DNA of 63,682 nucleotides, the filler included. It is 4 parts of 4 records of this genome, joined end to end, with 100 filler letters (N's around TTAATTAATTAA, not from the genome) between each part and the next. Parts side by side here need not be neighbours in the genome. Positions count along the whole stretch, not along the records: positions 7,142 to 28,892 come from SRR2962707_1728; positions 28,993 to 56,894 come from SRR2962707_1741; 2 more parts are not named here. The stretch is one strand, 5' to 3'. The notes below the pieces were generated by a model. It ran no database searches. It worked only from the letters and a program-made list of their open reading frames with translations, and was not told the origin of the DNA. This document shows positions 20,956 to 30,368 of this stretch, piece after piece. The first letter of the stretch is position 1. Each line of letters starts with the position of its first letter. Made by a program: the position numbers and the translations under genes.

Positions 20956-22416
20956 GTGATCAAGCATTGGATTAACGGCCAGCAGGTGGCCAGCGACGAG
21001 ACCTTCGACAACATCAACCCCGCCACCGGCGAAGTGATCGGCCAGGTGGCCAGCGGTACCGAAAAGGAAGTCCATCAGGCGGTGGCCGCCGCCAAGGCCG
21101 CTTTTCCAGGCTGGGCCGCCACACCCGCGAAGGAACGGGCGCGGTTGATGCGCCGGCTCGGGGAGCTGATCGATGAGAACGTACCGAAACTGGCGGAGCT
21201 GGAAACGCTGGATACCGGTCTGCCGATCCATCAGACCAAAAACGTGCTGATTCCACGCGCGTCGCATAACTTCAACTTTTTCGCCGAGGTGTGCACCCGC
21301 ATGAACGGGCACAGTTATCCGGTGGACGACCAGATGCTCAATTACACCCTGTACCAGCCGGTCGGGGTCTGCGCACTGGTATCGCCCTGGAATGTGCCGT
21401 TCATGACCGCCACCTGGAAGACCGCTCCCTGCCTGGCACTGGGCAACACCGCCGTGCTCAAGATGTCGGAACTCTCGCCGCTCACCGCCAACGAACTGGG
21501 CCGGCTGGCCAAGGAAGCGGGCCTGCCCGACGGCGTGTTCAACGTGATCCAGGGTTACGGCGCCACCGCCGGTGACGCCCTGGTACGCCACCCGGACGTC
21601 CGCGCGGTGTCGTTCACCGGCGGCACCACCACCGGCCGCAAGATCATGCAGAACGGCGGCATGAAGAAATACTCCATGGAGCTGGGCGGCAAGTCGCCAG
21701 TGCTGGTATTCGAGGACGCGGACCTGGATCGGGCCCTGGACGCGGCGTTGTTCACCATTTTCTCCTTGAACGGCGAGCGCTGCACCGCCGGCAGCCGTAT
21801 TTTCATTCAGGAAAGTGTTTACGACGAGTTCGTGAAGACCTTCGCCGAGCGCGCCAAACGCCTGAAAGTGGGCGACCCCACCGATCCGGAAACCCAGGTG
21901 GGCTCGATGATCACTCGTCAGCATTACGAGAAGGTCACCGGCTATATTCGTCTGGGTATCGAGGAAGGCGCCAAATTAGTGGCCGGCGGTCTGGAGCGTC
22001 CGGCCGGGCTGCCGGAACGGGTCGCCAACGGTCAGTTCATTCAACCCACCGTGTTCGCCGACGTGGATAATCGCATGCGCATTTGCCAGGAAGAGATCTT
22101 TGGCCCGGTGGTGTGTCTGGGTAAATTCAAGGACGAACGCGAAGCGCTGGAACTGGCCAACGACGTGGAATACGGTCTGGCCTCCTATGTCTGGACCCGG
22201 GACGTCGGCAAGGCTCACCGGGTGGCCCGTGGCATCGAGGCCGGCATGGTGTTCATCAACAGCCAGAACGTGCGCGATCTGCGTCAACCGTTTGGCGGCG
22301 TCAAACAGTCCGGTACCGGCCGCGAAGGTGGTGAATACAGTTTCGAGGCCTTCACCGAAGTCAAAAACGTCTGCCTTTCCATGGGCAGTCACCACATTCC
22401 CCGCTGGGGCGTGTGA
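20956..22416 (+). CDS. hpaE: 5-carboxymethyl-2-hydroxymuconate semialdehyde dehydrogenase
   Basis: SMELGGKSP, NGERCTAGSR, NSQNVRDLRQPFGG, HHIPRWG. Confidence 0.96.
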   Translation: MIKHWINGQQVASDETFDNINPATGEVIGQVASGTEKEVHQAVAAAKAAFPGWAATPAKERARLMRRLGELIDENVPKLAELETLDTGLPIHQTKNVLIPRASHNFNFFAEVCTRMNGHSYPVDDQMLNYTLYQPVGVCALVSPWNVPFMTATWKTAPCLALGNTAVLKMSELSPLTANELGRLAKEAGLPDGVFNVIQGYGATAGDALVRHPDVRAVSFTGGTTTGRKIMQNGGMKKYSMELGGKSPVLVFEDADLDRALDAALFTIFSLNGERCTAGSRIFIQESVYDEFVKTFAERAKRLKVGDPTDPETQVGSMITRQHYEKVTGYIRLGIEEGAKLVAGGLERPAGLPERVANGQFIQPTVFADVDNRMRICQEEIFGPVVCLGKFKDEREALELANDVEYGLASYVWTRDVGKAHRVARGIEAGMVFINSQNVRDLRQPFGGVKQSGTGREGGEYSFEAFTEVKNVCLSMGSHHIPRWGV

Positions 22417-22470
22417 ACGCCAGCTTAAGATTCAAGGGCGGAGCGCCAATCTCGGATAAGGAGAAAAATC

Positions 22471-23334
22471 ATGGGCGAAGTCGTTCTCGCCGCTAAAATC
22501 ACCCACGTGCCCTCCATGTACCTGTCGGAGTTGCCGGGCAAACATCAAGGCTGCCGGCAGGCGGCCATCGACGGCCACAAGGAAATCGGCCGCCGTGCCC
22601 GTGAGCTCGGCGCCGATACCGCCGTGGTGTTCGACGTGCACTGGCTGGTCAACAGCGGCTTTCACATCAACTGCGGTGAAAGGTTTGAAGGCATCTACAC
22701 CAGCAACGAGCTGCCGCACTTCATCAAGGACATGCGCTACCGTTATGGCGGTAACCCCGCGCTGGGAGAAAACATAGCCGCCGAGGCCAACGCCGCCGGC
22801 GTGCGCACCCTGGCTCACAACATCCCCAGTCTGGAACTGGAGTACGGCACCCTGGTGCCCATGCGCTACATGCACATGGACGTGCCCGAGGAACAGCATC
22901 TGAGTGTCATTTCCATAGCCGCCTGGAACGCCTGGCACCGGCTGGAGGACAGTTTCACCTTCGGCGCCGCCGTACGCCGCGCCATCGAGGCCAGCGATCA
23001 CAAAGTTCTGGTACTGGCTTCGGGATCGCTTTCCCACCGTTTTTCCGACGATCGTGAAGCGGAGAACAACCTGCACAAATGGACCCGCGAGTTCGATCGC
23101 CAGGTGGACATGAGGGTGGTGGACCTGTGGCGCCAGGGCCGCTTCGGGGAGTTCTGCGCCATGCTGCCGGACTATGCCGAGCACTGCTATGGCGAAGGCG
23201 GCATGCATGACACCGCCATGTTGCTGGGCCTGCTCGGCGGCGCCGAATACGACAAGCCGGTGGAGATTCTTACCGAACCGTTCGGCAGTTCCGGCACCGG
23301 CCAGATCAACGCGGTGTTCCCCCTGCCCTGGTAA
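22471..23334 (+). CDS. hpaD: 3,4-dihydroxyphenylacetate 2,3-dioxygenase
   Basis: LAAKITHVPSMYLSELPG, HWLVN, SGSLSH. Confidence 0.96.
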   Translation: MGEVVLAAKITHVPSMYLSELPGKHQGCRQAAIDGHKEIGRRARELGADTAVVFDVHWLVNSGFHINCGERFEGIYTSNELPHFIKDMRYRYGGNPALGENIAAEANAAGVRTLAHNIPSLELEYGTLVPMRYMHMDVPEEQHLSVISIAAWNAWHRLEDSFTFGAAVRRAIEASDHKVLVLASGSLSHRFSDDREAENNLHKWTREFDRQVDMRVVDLWRQGRFGEFCAMLPDYAEHCYGEGGMHDTAMLLGLLGGAEYDKPVEILTEPFGSSGTGQINAVFPLPW

Positions 23335-23376
23335 CCGCGCGCACTGACACGGACGTACTCAAACGGAGTAAGAGCC

Positions 23377-23766
23377 ATGCCCCATTTCATTGCTGAATAC
23401 AGCGGCAACCTCGAACCCGAAGTGGATTTCGACGGTCTGTTCGCCAACGTCCACGAGGCTCTCGGTAACAGTGGCGTGTTTCCACTCGGCGGCATCCGCA
23501 GCCGCGCCATTCGTCACGACACCTGGCGCATCGCCGACGGCCAACACGATTATGCTTTCGTACACATGACGCTCAAGGTCGGCAGCGGCCGCGATCTGGC
23601 GACACGTCGGCGGGTGGCGGAAACACTGTTCGAGGTCATCAAGGCCCACTTCGCCCCGTTACAGGAAAAGCGACTGCTGGCGGTGTCCTTCGAGATGACC
23701 GAGTTGAACCCGGATCTGAACTTCAAACACAACAACATCCACGCCTTTCTCAAAGGGGAGAGTTGA
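23377..23766 (+). CDS. hpaF: 5-carboxymethyl-2-hydroxymuconate delta-isomerase
   Basis: N-terminal catalytic Pro (MPHFIAEY), [10 protein letters not shown]. Confidence 0.95.
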   Translation: MPHFIAEYSGNLEPEVDFDGLFANVHEALGNSGVFPLGGIRSRAIRHDTWRIADGQHDYAFVHMTLKVGSGRDLATRRRVAETLFEVIKAHFAPLQEKRLLAVSFEMTELNPDLNFKHNNIHAFLKGES

Positions 23767-24569
23767 TGCTCGACGAGGCTTTCATTCGCCAGGCCGCGCG
23801 GCGGCTCGACGACGCCGAACAGCGGCGTACCCAGATCCGGCAGCTGTCACTGGAACAACCGGACATCACCATCGAGGACGCTTATGCCATCCAACGCGCC
23901 TGGGTGGAAAAAAAAATCGCCGACGGCCGCAAGCTGATCGGTCATAAAATAGGCCTCACCTCCCGCGCCATGCAGGTTTCATCCAACATTGACGAACCGG
24001 ACTACGGCGCCTTGCTGGATGACATGCTATTCAATGAGGGCAGTGACATTCCCTTCGACCGTTTCATCGTGCCGCGCCTGGAAGTGGAACTGGCCTTCAT
24101 GCTCGGCAAGCCGCTGCAAGGACCGGATTGCACCCTCTTCGATGTCTACGATGCCACCGAGTATGTAATTCCGGCGTTGGAAATCATCGACGCCCGCATT
24201 CAGCAGGTGGATGCGGAAAGCGGCGTGACCCGCAAGGTTTTCGACACTATTTCCGACAATGCCGCCAACGCCGGCGTGGTCATGGGCGGCCGCGCCATCC
24301 GGCCCATGGACATGGATCTCAGACGTGTCTCGGCGGTGCTTTACCGCAACGGCGTGATCGAGGAGTCCGGCGTCGCGGCGGCGGTGCTCAATCATCCGGC
24401 CAAGGGCGTGGCCTGGCTCGCCAATCGGCTGGCCCCCTACGGTATCGGCCTGGAACCGGGCCAGTTGATCCTCGGTGGCTCCTTCACTCGCCCGGTGGCG
24501 GTGCGCCCCGGCGACACCTTTCATGTGGACTACGGTGATCTCGGCGCCATCGCCTGCCGTTTTGTTTAA
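23766..24569 (+). CDS. hpaH: 2-oxo-hept-4-ene-1,7-dioate hydratase
   Basis: [27 protein letters not shown]. Confidence 0.96.
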   Translation: MLDEAFIRQAARRLDDAEQRRTQIRQLSLEQPDITIEDAYAIQRAWVEKKIADGRKLIGHKIGLTSRAMQVSSNIDEPDYGALLDDMLFNEGSDIPFDRFIVPRLEVELAFMLGKPLQGPDCTLFDVYDATEYVIPALEIIDARIQQVDAESGVTRKVFDTISDNAANAGVVMGGRAIRPMDMDLRRVSAVLYRNGVIEESGVAAAVLNHPAKGVAWLANRLAPYGIGLEPGQLILGGSFTRPVAVRPGDTFHVDYGDLGAIACRFV

Positions 24570-24581
24570 CGGAGAAATCTC

Positions 24582-25382
24582 ATGGACATGCCGGTGAACA
24601 CATTCAAACGGGCCCTGCTGCAAGGCGTACCGCAAATCGGGCTGTGGTTGGGGCTGGCCCATCCCTATAGCGCCGAGCTGGCGGCCAATGCCGGTTTTGA
24701 CTGGCTGTTACTTGACGGTGAGCACGCGCCCAATGATCTGCGCAGCCTGCTGTCCCAATTGCAGGCTATTGCCCCGTACCGCTCGCAACCGGTGGTGCGC
24801 CCCCCCGTGGGCGACACTGCTCTGATCAAGCAGTATCTGGATCTGGGCGCACAGACGCTGCTGGTGCCAATGGTGGAGACGGCGGACCAGGCGCGTCAGT
24901 TGGTTCGCGACATGCGCTATCCCCCTGAGGGCGTACGCGGTGTCGGCAGCGCTCTGGCCCGGGCATCACGCTGGAACAGCGTGCCCGGCTACCTGGACAA
25001 GGCCAATGACGAAATGTGTCTGCTGGTGCAGATAGAGTCCCAGGCCGGCCTGGATAATCTGGACGCCATCGCCGCGGTGGATGGCGTCGATGGTGTCTTC
25101 ATTGGCCCGGCGGACCTGAGTGCGGCTCTGGGCCATCGCGGCAACCCTGGCCATCCGCAAGTGCAAAACGCCATCGAGGATGCCATTCGCCGCATCCTGG
25201 CCGCGGGCAAGGCCCCCGGCATACTTTATGCCGATATCGATAAAGCCCGCCATTTTCTTGACCTGGGTTGTCTGTTCGTGGCCGTCGGCGTGGACACCAG
25301 CCTGTTGATGGGGGCTCTGAAAAACCTGGCCGGTCAGTTTAAACCGGATGACGACAACCCTACCCCATCTTCAGTGTATTGA
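24582..25382 (+). CDS. hpaI: 4-hydroxy-2-oxoheptanedioate aldolase
   Basis: [29 protein letters not shown]. Confidence 0.96.
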   Translation: MDMPVNTFKRALLQGVPQIGLWLGLAHPYSAELAANAGFDWLLLDGEHAPNDLRSLLSQLQAIAPYRSQPVVRPPVGDTALIKQYLDLGAQTLLVPMVETADQARQLVRDMRYPPEGVRGVGSALARASRWNSVPGYLDKANDEMCLLVQIESQAGLDNLDAIAAVDGVDGVFIGPADLSAALGHRGNPGHPQVQNAIEDAIRRILAAGKAPGILYADIDKARHFLDLGCLFVAVGVDTSLLMGALKNLAGQFKPDDDNPTPSSVY

Positions 25383-25419
25383 CGCTCTCCCCATCATCAT
25401 TAAAACAAGAGGAAAAATC

Positions 25420-26373
25420 ATGTTTCGTTTGCGCTCAACGCTGATCGCGACGCTGCTACTCACAGCCGCTCTGCTTCCGTTCACCGCCACCGCCGCACCG
25501 GCGGAGCAGCAGCAGGTTCGTTTGATACTGCTGGGAACCAAGGGCGGCCCCTCCCTGCTTTCCGATCAACGACTGCCTCAGTCCACCGCGCTGATGGTCG
25601 GAGATGATCTGTACTTACTCGATGCAGGTTACGGCGCCAGCCTGCGTCTGGTTCAGGCCGGCATTCCTCTGGCCCGCCTCAAAGGTGTGTTCATCACTCA
25701 TCTGCACAGCGATCACGTACTGGATTATCCATCGGTATTGATGAACGGCTGGGCCAGCGGTCTGAAGCAGCCGGTGCGGGTGTTCGGCCCTCCCGGCACC
25801 CAATCGATGACCGATAACACCTGGAAGACTTTCCAGGTGGATATCGGCCTTCGCATTGACGACGAAGGGAAGCCCGATCCACGCGAACTGGTCACCGTGA
25901 AGGAAATCGATGAGGGCATGGTTTATCGGGATGAACACCTCAAGGTTTCCGCCCTGCGCGTGCCGCACCCGCCGTTCAAGGACGGTCAGGCCTTCGCCTA
26001 CAAGTTCGAGACTGGCGGCAAGACTATCGTTCTCTCCGGAGACCTGAACTACTTTCCGCCGTTGGCGCGGTTCGCCAAAGACGCCGACGTGCTGATCAAC
26101 GAGGAGGTCCACGTGGAAGCAGTGGAGCGCCTGGCTAAACGTATCGGCAACGGCTCCACCTTGGCCAAGGCCATCATCTCCCACCATGTTACCGCCGAAA
26201 ACGTGGGCCGTATCGCCAACGAGGCTGGCGTGAAAAAACTGGTGCTGAGCCATTTCGTTCCCGCCGATGATCCTCTGGTCACCGACGACGTCTGGCGTAA
26301 GGCGGTGGGAGATCAATATAAAGGCCCCATCGTGGTGGGCCGAGATGGAATGGAAATCAACCTGAATGACTGA
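25420..26373 (+). CDS. Exported metallo-beta-lactamase-fold hydrolase (RNase Z / AtsA-like)
   Basis: Signal peptide, LLGTKGGP, THLHSDH, SGD, LVLSHFVP. Confidence 0.88.
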   Translation: MFRLRSTLIATLLLTAALLPFTATAAPAEQQQVRLILLGTKGGPSLLSDQRLPQSTALMVGDDLYLLDAGYGASLRLVQAGIPLARLKGVFITHLHSDHVLDYPSVLMNGWASGLKQPVRVFGPPGTQSMTDNTWKTFQVDIGLRIDDEGKPDPRELVTVKEIDEGMVYRDEHLKVSALRVPHPPFKDGQAFAYKFETGGKTIVLSGDLNYFPPLARFAKDADVLINEEVHVEAVERLAKRIGNGSTLAKAIISHHVTAENVGRIANEAGVKKLVLSHFVPADDPLVTDDVWRKAVGDQYKGPIVVGRDGMEINLND

Positions 26374-27838
26374 CACCACTGCCTCCTCAATCGCTCTCGG
26401 AAATAGCGCGCTGTTACGGCAGGACGCCTATATCGACGGCAAATGGATCAGCGCCATGCAACGCTTTTCAGTCACCGACCCGGCCACTGGCGCCGAGGTG
26501 ACACAAGTGGCGGATCTTGCCGCGGAGGCCACCAGCATGGCCGTGGACGCCGCCCATCGGGCATTGCCGGCCTGGCGTGATCGCAGCAGTGGCGAACGCG
26601 CCGAATTGCTGAAGGAATGGTTCCACCTTGTCATGGCGAACCGTCAGGATCTCGCCCGCCTGCTGAGTCTGGAGCAAGGCAAGCCACTGACGGAAAGCCT
26701 CGGCGAAATCGACTATGGTGCCCGCTTCCTCGAATGGTTCGCCGAGGAAGCCAAGCGGGTGTATGGCGACATCATTCCCCACGATCGCACCGGACGGCGC
26801 TTGGTGGTGCTTAAGCAACCCGTGGGCGTGGCGGCGGCGATCACCCCGTGGAATTTTCCCCACGCCATGGTCACTCGCAAGGCGGCGCCGGCGCTGGCCG
26901 CCGGTTGCACTCTGGTGCTCAAACCGGATCCGCAAACACCGCTGTCGGCGCTGGCGTTGGCGGCACTGGCGGAACAGGCCGGCATACCCGCCGGTGTATT
27001 CAATGTGGTGACCGGACGTGATGCCGCCGCCATAGGCACGGTGCTCACCGGTGATGCGCGGGTCCGCAAGTTGTCGTTCACAGGCTCCACTCCCGTGGGC
27101 AAGCTACTGATGGCGCAAAGCGCCCAGCACATGCAGAAAGTCAGCCTGGAACTGGGCGGCAACGCACCGTTCATCATTTTTGACGACGCCGATCTGGACG
27201 CCGCCGTGGAAGGCGCCCTGGCCTCCAAGTTTCGCAACAGTGGCCAGACTTGTGTATGCACCAACCGCTTTCTGGTCCACCATCGCATCTACGACGCGTT
27301 CTGCCAGCGCTTCAGCACATCGGTGGCGGCGCTGCGAGTCGGCCCGGCCTTCGAGGAAGGCGTGCAACAGGGCCCTCTCATCAATGAAGACGCCTTGCGT
27401 AAAGTAGAGACGCACCTGGCCGACGCCATTGGCAAAGGGGCCCGGGTCCTCAGCGGCGGACAACGCCATGCGCTGGGCGGCGCCTTTTTCCAGCCCACGG
27501 TGCTGGCCGACGCGACACCGGACATGTTGCTGTTTCAGGAAGAGACTTTCGGACCGCTGGCACCGGTGTTCCGGTTTCATGACGAAGACGAAGCGCTGGC
27601 CCTGGCCAATGATACCCCGTTTGGACTGGCCGCCTACGTCTACACCCGGGATCTGGGACGCGCCTGGCGTGTCGGTGAAGCGCTGGAATATGGCATGGTC
27701 GGCGTTAATGAAGGTATTATTTCCAACGAGCGGGCACCCTTTGGCGGCATCAAGGAATCAGGTCAGGGCCGCGAAGGCTCCCGTTACGGAATAGAGGATT
27801 ATCTGGAAGTAAAATACATGTGTCTGGGCATCGGTTGA
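26366..27838 (+). CDS. gabD: NAD(P)-dependent succinate-semialdehyde dehydrogenase
   Basis: SLELGGNAP, KFRNSGQTCVC, APFGGIKESG. Confidence 0.92.
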   Translation: MTDTTASSIALGNSALLRQDAYIDGKWISAMQRFSVTDPATGAEVTQVADLAAEATSMAVDAAHRALPAWRDRSSGERAELLKEWFHLVMANRQDLARLLSLEQGKPLTESLGEIDYGARFLEWFAEEAKRVYGDIIPHDRTGRRLVVLKQPVGVAAAITPWNFPHAMVTRKAAPALAAGCTLVLKPDPQTPLSALALAALAEQAGIPAGVFNVVTGRDAAAIGTVLTGDARVRKLSFTGSTPVGKLLMAQSAQHMQKVSLELGGNAPFIIFDDADLDAAVEGALASKFRNSGQTCVCTNRFLVHHRIYDAFCQRFSTSVAALRVGPAFEEGVQQGPLINEDALRKVETHLADAIGKGARVLSGGQRHALGGAFFQPTVLADATPDMLLFQEETFGPLAPVFRFHDEDEALALANDTPFGLAAYVYTRDLGRAWRVGEALEYGMVGVNEGIISNERAPFGGIKESGQGREGSRYGIEDYLEVKYMCLGIG

Positions 27839-27871
27839 TGCCCATTCCAACTGTAAGGACGCCGATCCCGC

Positions 27872-28300
27872 ATGCCCAAAGCCGCACCCTCCCTCACCCT
27901 GGCCCTGTTGCAGGGTCGCGAAGCCGTGATGGCGTACTTCCGCCCTTTGCTCAACAAACACAACTTGACCGAGCAGCAATGGCGAGTCATTCGTATTCTT
28001 AAACAAGCTCCTGACTTTACCCTGGAAAGTCGTGATCTGGCCGCCCTGGCCTGTATTCTCCGGCCCAGCCTTACCGGCGTGCTGGTACGTCTGGAAAAAG
28101 CCGGCCACGTTCGCCGCTGGAAACCGGAAACGGATCAACGGCGCCTGTGCGTCACCCTCACCGATCAGGGACATGAGGTATTCGCGCAAATGAGCAAAGG
28201 CATGAACCGGCAATATCAGAAGATCCAGCAGCGGCTCGGCGAAGACGACTATCAGACGTTGATGGATCTGCTGAGCCGGCTGCGGGACCTGCAGCCCTGA
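27872..28300 (+). CDS. hpaR: Homoprotocatechuate operon repressor (MarR family)
   Basis: SLTLALLQGREAVM, LTEQQWRVIR, ILRPSLTG. Confidence 0.94.
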   Translation: MPKAAPSLTLALLQGREAVMAYFRPLLNKHNLTEQQWRVIRILKQAPDFTLESRDLAALACILRPSLTGVLVRLEKAGHVRRWKPETDQRRLCVTLTDQGHEVFAQMSKGMNRQYQKIQQRLGEDDYQTLMDLLSRLRDLQP

Positions 28301-28324
28301 GCCCAGGAGCAGTCCTGAACCCGT

Positions 28325-28366
28325 AAATAAGCTGGCGGCCACCAGGGGCCGCCAGGTCCGTTATTT
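28325..28366. terminator. Putative bidirectional terminator hairpin
   Basis: ctggcggcc/ggccgccag stem flanked by aaataa and ttattt, between convergent genes. Confidence 0.55.
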
Positions 28367-28892
28367 AGGCCGGCGCATGCGGCAACCCGTGGCCGGCATG
28401 GTTACCGCCTCCGGTTCGATGCGATCCAGTTTGGCGAAATTGAAGTCCGTGCCTTCGGCGCCATAGGGCATGTCGTCCTTCAGCACAGAAACGAACAACG
28501 GCGTTTGCAGCTGATGGTCCTCGCCACGCATGGTGACGGTGCCGTAGGACGTCTCCAGTGACAGTCCTTCCAGCGCCCGGGCCACGTCCACCGGATCATT
28601 GCTGCCAGCCTTGTCCGCCGCTTTTTGCAGCATTTCCAGCATTACCGTGATACGCGGATAAAACAGGAAGTAATCCCATTTCTTGTCTTCATACATCTGC
28701 TTCTGACGCTCACCGATAGCGTCATCGTCGGTATCACCGTAATAGCCATAAATCTCATAAATACGATCCACACCCTGCTCGCCCAACTGGCTGACCACCC
28801 CCGGGCTGCCGCCATAGTAAGTAAGGAACGGCACATTCAAACCAAACTCCGCCGCCGCCTTGACCAGCAAGGTGATGTCCTGCCCCCAGTTG
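28361..28892 (-). CDS. Branched-chain amino acid type ABC substrate-binding protein (partial, 5' end missing)
   Basis: Frame open to contig end; MRGEDHQLQ, terminal CRMRRP. Confidence 0.8.
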
Positions 28893-28992
28893 NNNNNNNN
28901 NNNNNNNNNNNNNNNNNNNNNNNNNNNNNNNNNNNNTTAATTAATTAANNNNNNNNNNNNNNNNNNNNNNNNNNNNNNNNNNNNNNNNNNNN
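28893..28992. other. Artificial contig spacer
   Basis: N run with TTAATTAATTAA. Confidence 0.99.
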
Positions 28993-28993
28993 C

Positions 28994-29353
28994 CCTCAGG
29001 TTCTCTCGTTCATCACCCCGTTCCAGCTCAGGAAGCGTGGCGTCGAAACCAGGTTGGTGATCAGCGCGGCATCACCGAAAGCCATTGATGCCACGCTGAT
29101 CCGAAGCATTGCCAAGGCGCATCAATACTATGAGGCGATCAAGCAGGGTCAAACTTTCGAGGACATTGCAGACAGAGGGAGCCTCTCGAAGCGCAGTATC
29201 CTGCAAGTGATCGATCTGGCGTTCCTCGCCCCCGATCTTGTCAGGAAGATTGCGCAGGGTGATCAGCCTATTGGTCTGACCGCAAAATGGCTCGGGCTCA
29301 ATCCAATGCCATCTGACTGGCAGGCCCAGCGGCGCATTGCGGCTACTCTCTGA
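28994..29353 (+). CDS. C-terminal part of a large serine recombinase (partial)
   Basis: Frame open from contig start: PFQLRKRGVETRLV, LIRSIAKAH, LAFLAPDLV, G.QP..LT, DWQAQR, as in the C-termini of DUF2924-associated recombinases. Confidence 0.8.
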   Translation, partial: PQVLSFITPFQLRKRGVETRLVISAASPKAIDATLIRSIAKAHQYYEAIKQGQTFEDIADRGSLSKRSILQVIDLAFLAPDLVRKIAQGDQPIGLTAKWLGLNPMPSDWQAQRRIAATL

Positions 29354-29730
29354 AATCAAAATTCTTACAAACCGGTAGAAACGCGGGACCTCATTATCGA
29401 TGGCCAGCCGATGCGGTTTCTGCAAACTGTCAGCCCCGAAATGGCAAACAGAGACAAAGCAGGAATTGCCGCCTGATATAGGTCGCAAATGTCGTCTCAG
29501 TTGACCAAGCGCTCTGCTAACGTGCGGAAAGAACGCAACTATTTACGACAGAAATTGACAGTTCGGAAATGCGGAATGTGATTGGCTGTGCACTTTTTCT
29601 TTGGCGAACCAGTCTCAGGTGTCATGTGCCGAAACTGGAGAGTTTCCGCGGCGCAGGATCATGTCGGGTCGTTGAAATAGTCGACAATTCAATGGTTTAG
29701 AAATTTTGCGGGCAATCATTCTCGGCGTCG

Positions 29731-30123
29731 GTGCTCGACGAGCGATTATCTGACGCTCCGCAACTGGGAGAATCCGACGTGCCAGTCGAAGAAACAGCCG
29801 GCAGCACCTCACAGGTCTTCGCGAACCTGCTCAATGATAATCTGCCGGAGCGCTTCCAGCTGTCAGTCACCGGGATGATGTTTGAGACCATGCGCTATCA
29901 GCGGCTGACCAAGCGCGAACTGCTCAGGACAACACGCCTCGCCTGGGCCGCGATTGGCCAGCCCAAGCCCCGAGGCGCGATCCTGCCGCCCTGGAGCGAA
30001 GCCGGTCCGCGGGTTGAGCACATGATGCGTGTCCTCCAAGGCGTCCTTGGTCAGATGAGAGCCGGCACGCTCACCAGCGAACAAGACATCGCGGAGAGGT
30101 TGAGCCAGATGCTGCGGCGGTGA
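29731..30123 (+). CDS. Hypothetical protein
   Basis: 130-aa ORF with coding-like composition downstream of the recombinase; no recognised motif. Confidence 0.55.
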   Translation: MLDERLSDAPQLGESDVPVEETAGSTSQVFANLLNDNLPERFQLSVTGMMFETMRYQRLTKRELLRTTRLAWAAIGQPKPRGAILPPWSEAGPRVEHMMRVLQGVLGQMRAGTLTSEQDIAERLSQMLRR

Positions 30124-30368
30124 AAGTCTCCACAATTCTAATTTCCCGCACAGATGGGCGGACTTCAGGAGCACCAGGAAATTAAAGAATTGCGCACCGG
30201 GATGCGAGCTGTCTGCTACTAGTAGTCGAAATCCGCTTGTACCAGTAACATCAATGTATGGAATCGCGTCAGTCGGACAGTGCAATGGAAGAAATATAAC
30301 ATTTCACAATTTGGATTCTTCAGAGTTTAATATAACCTGAACGGTGTTGTTGTTTTGGGAGATAATTG

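Noticed and set aside
29583-29616. TGGCTGTG...GCGAACCAGTCTC as a tRNA 3' end or att site
   Set aside because: Spacing and T-arm do not fit a tRNA and no second copy is visible; could still be an att remnant but unsupported
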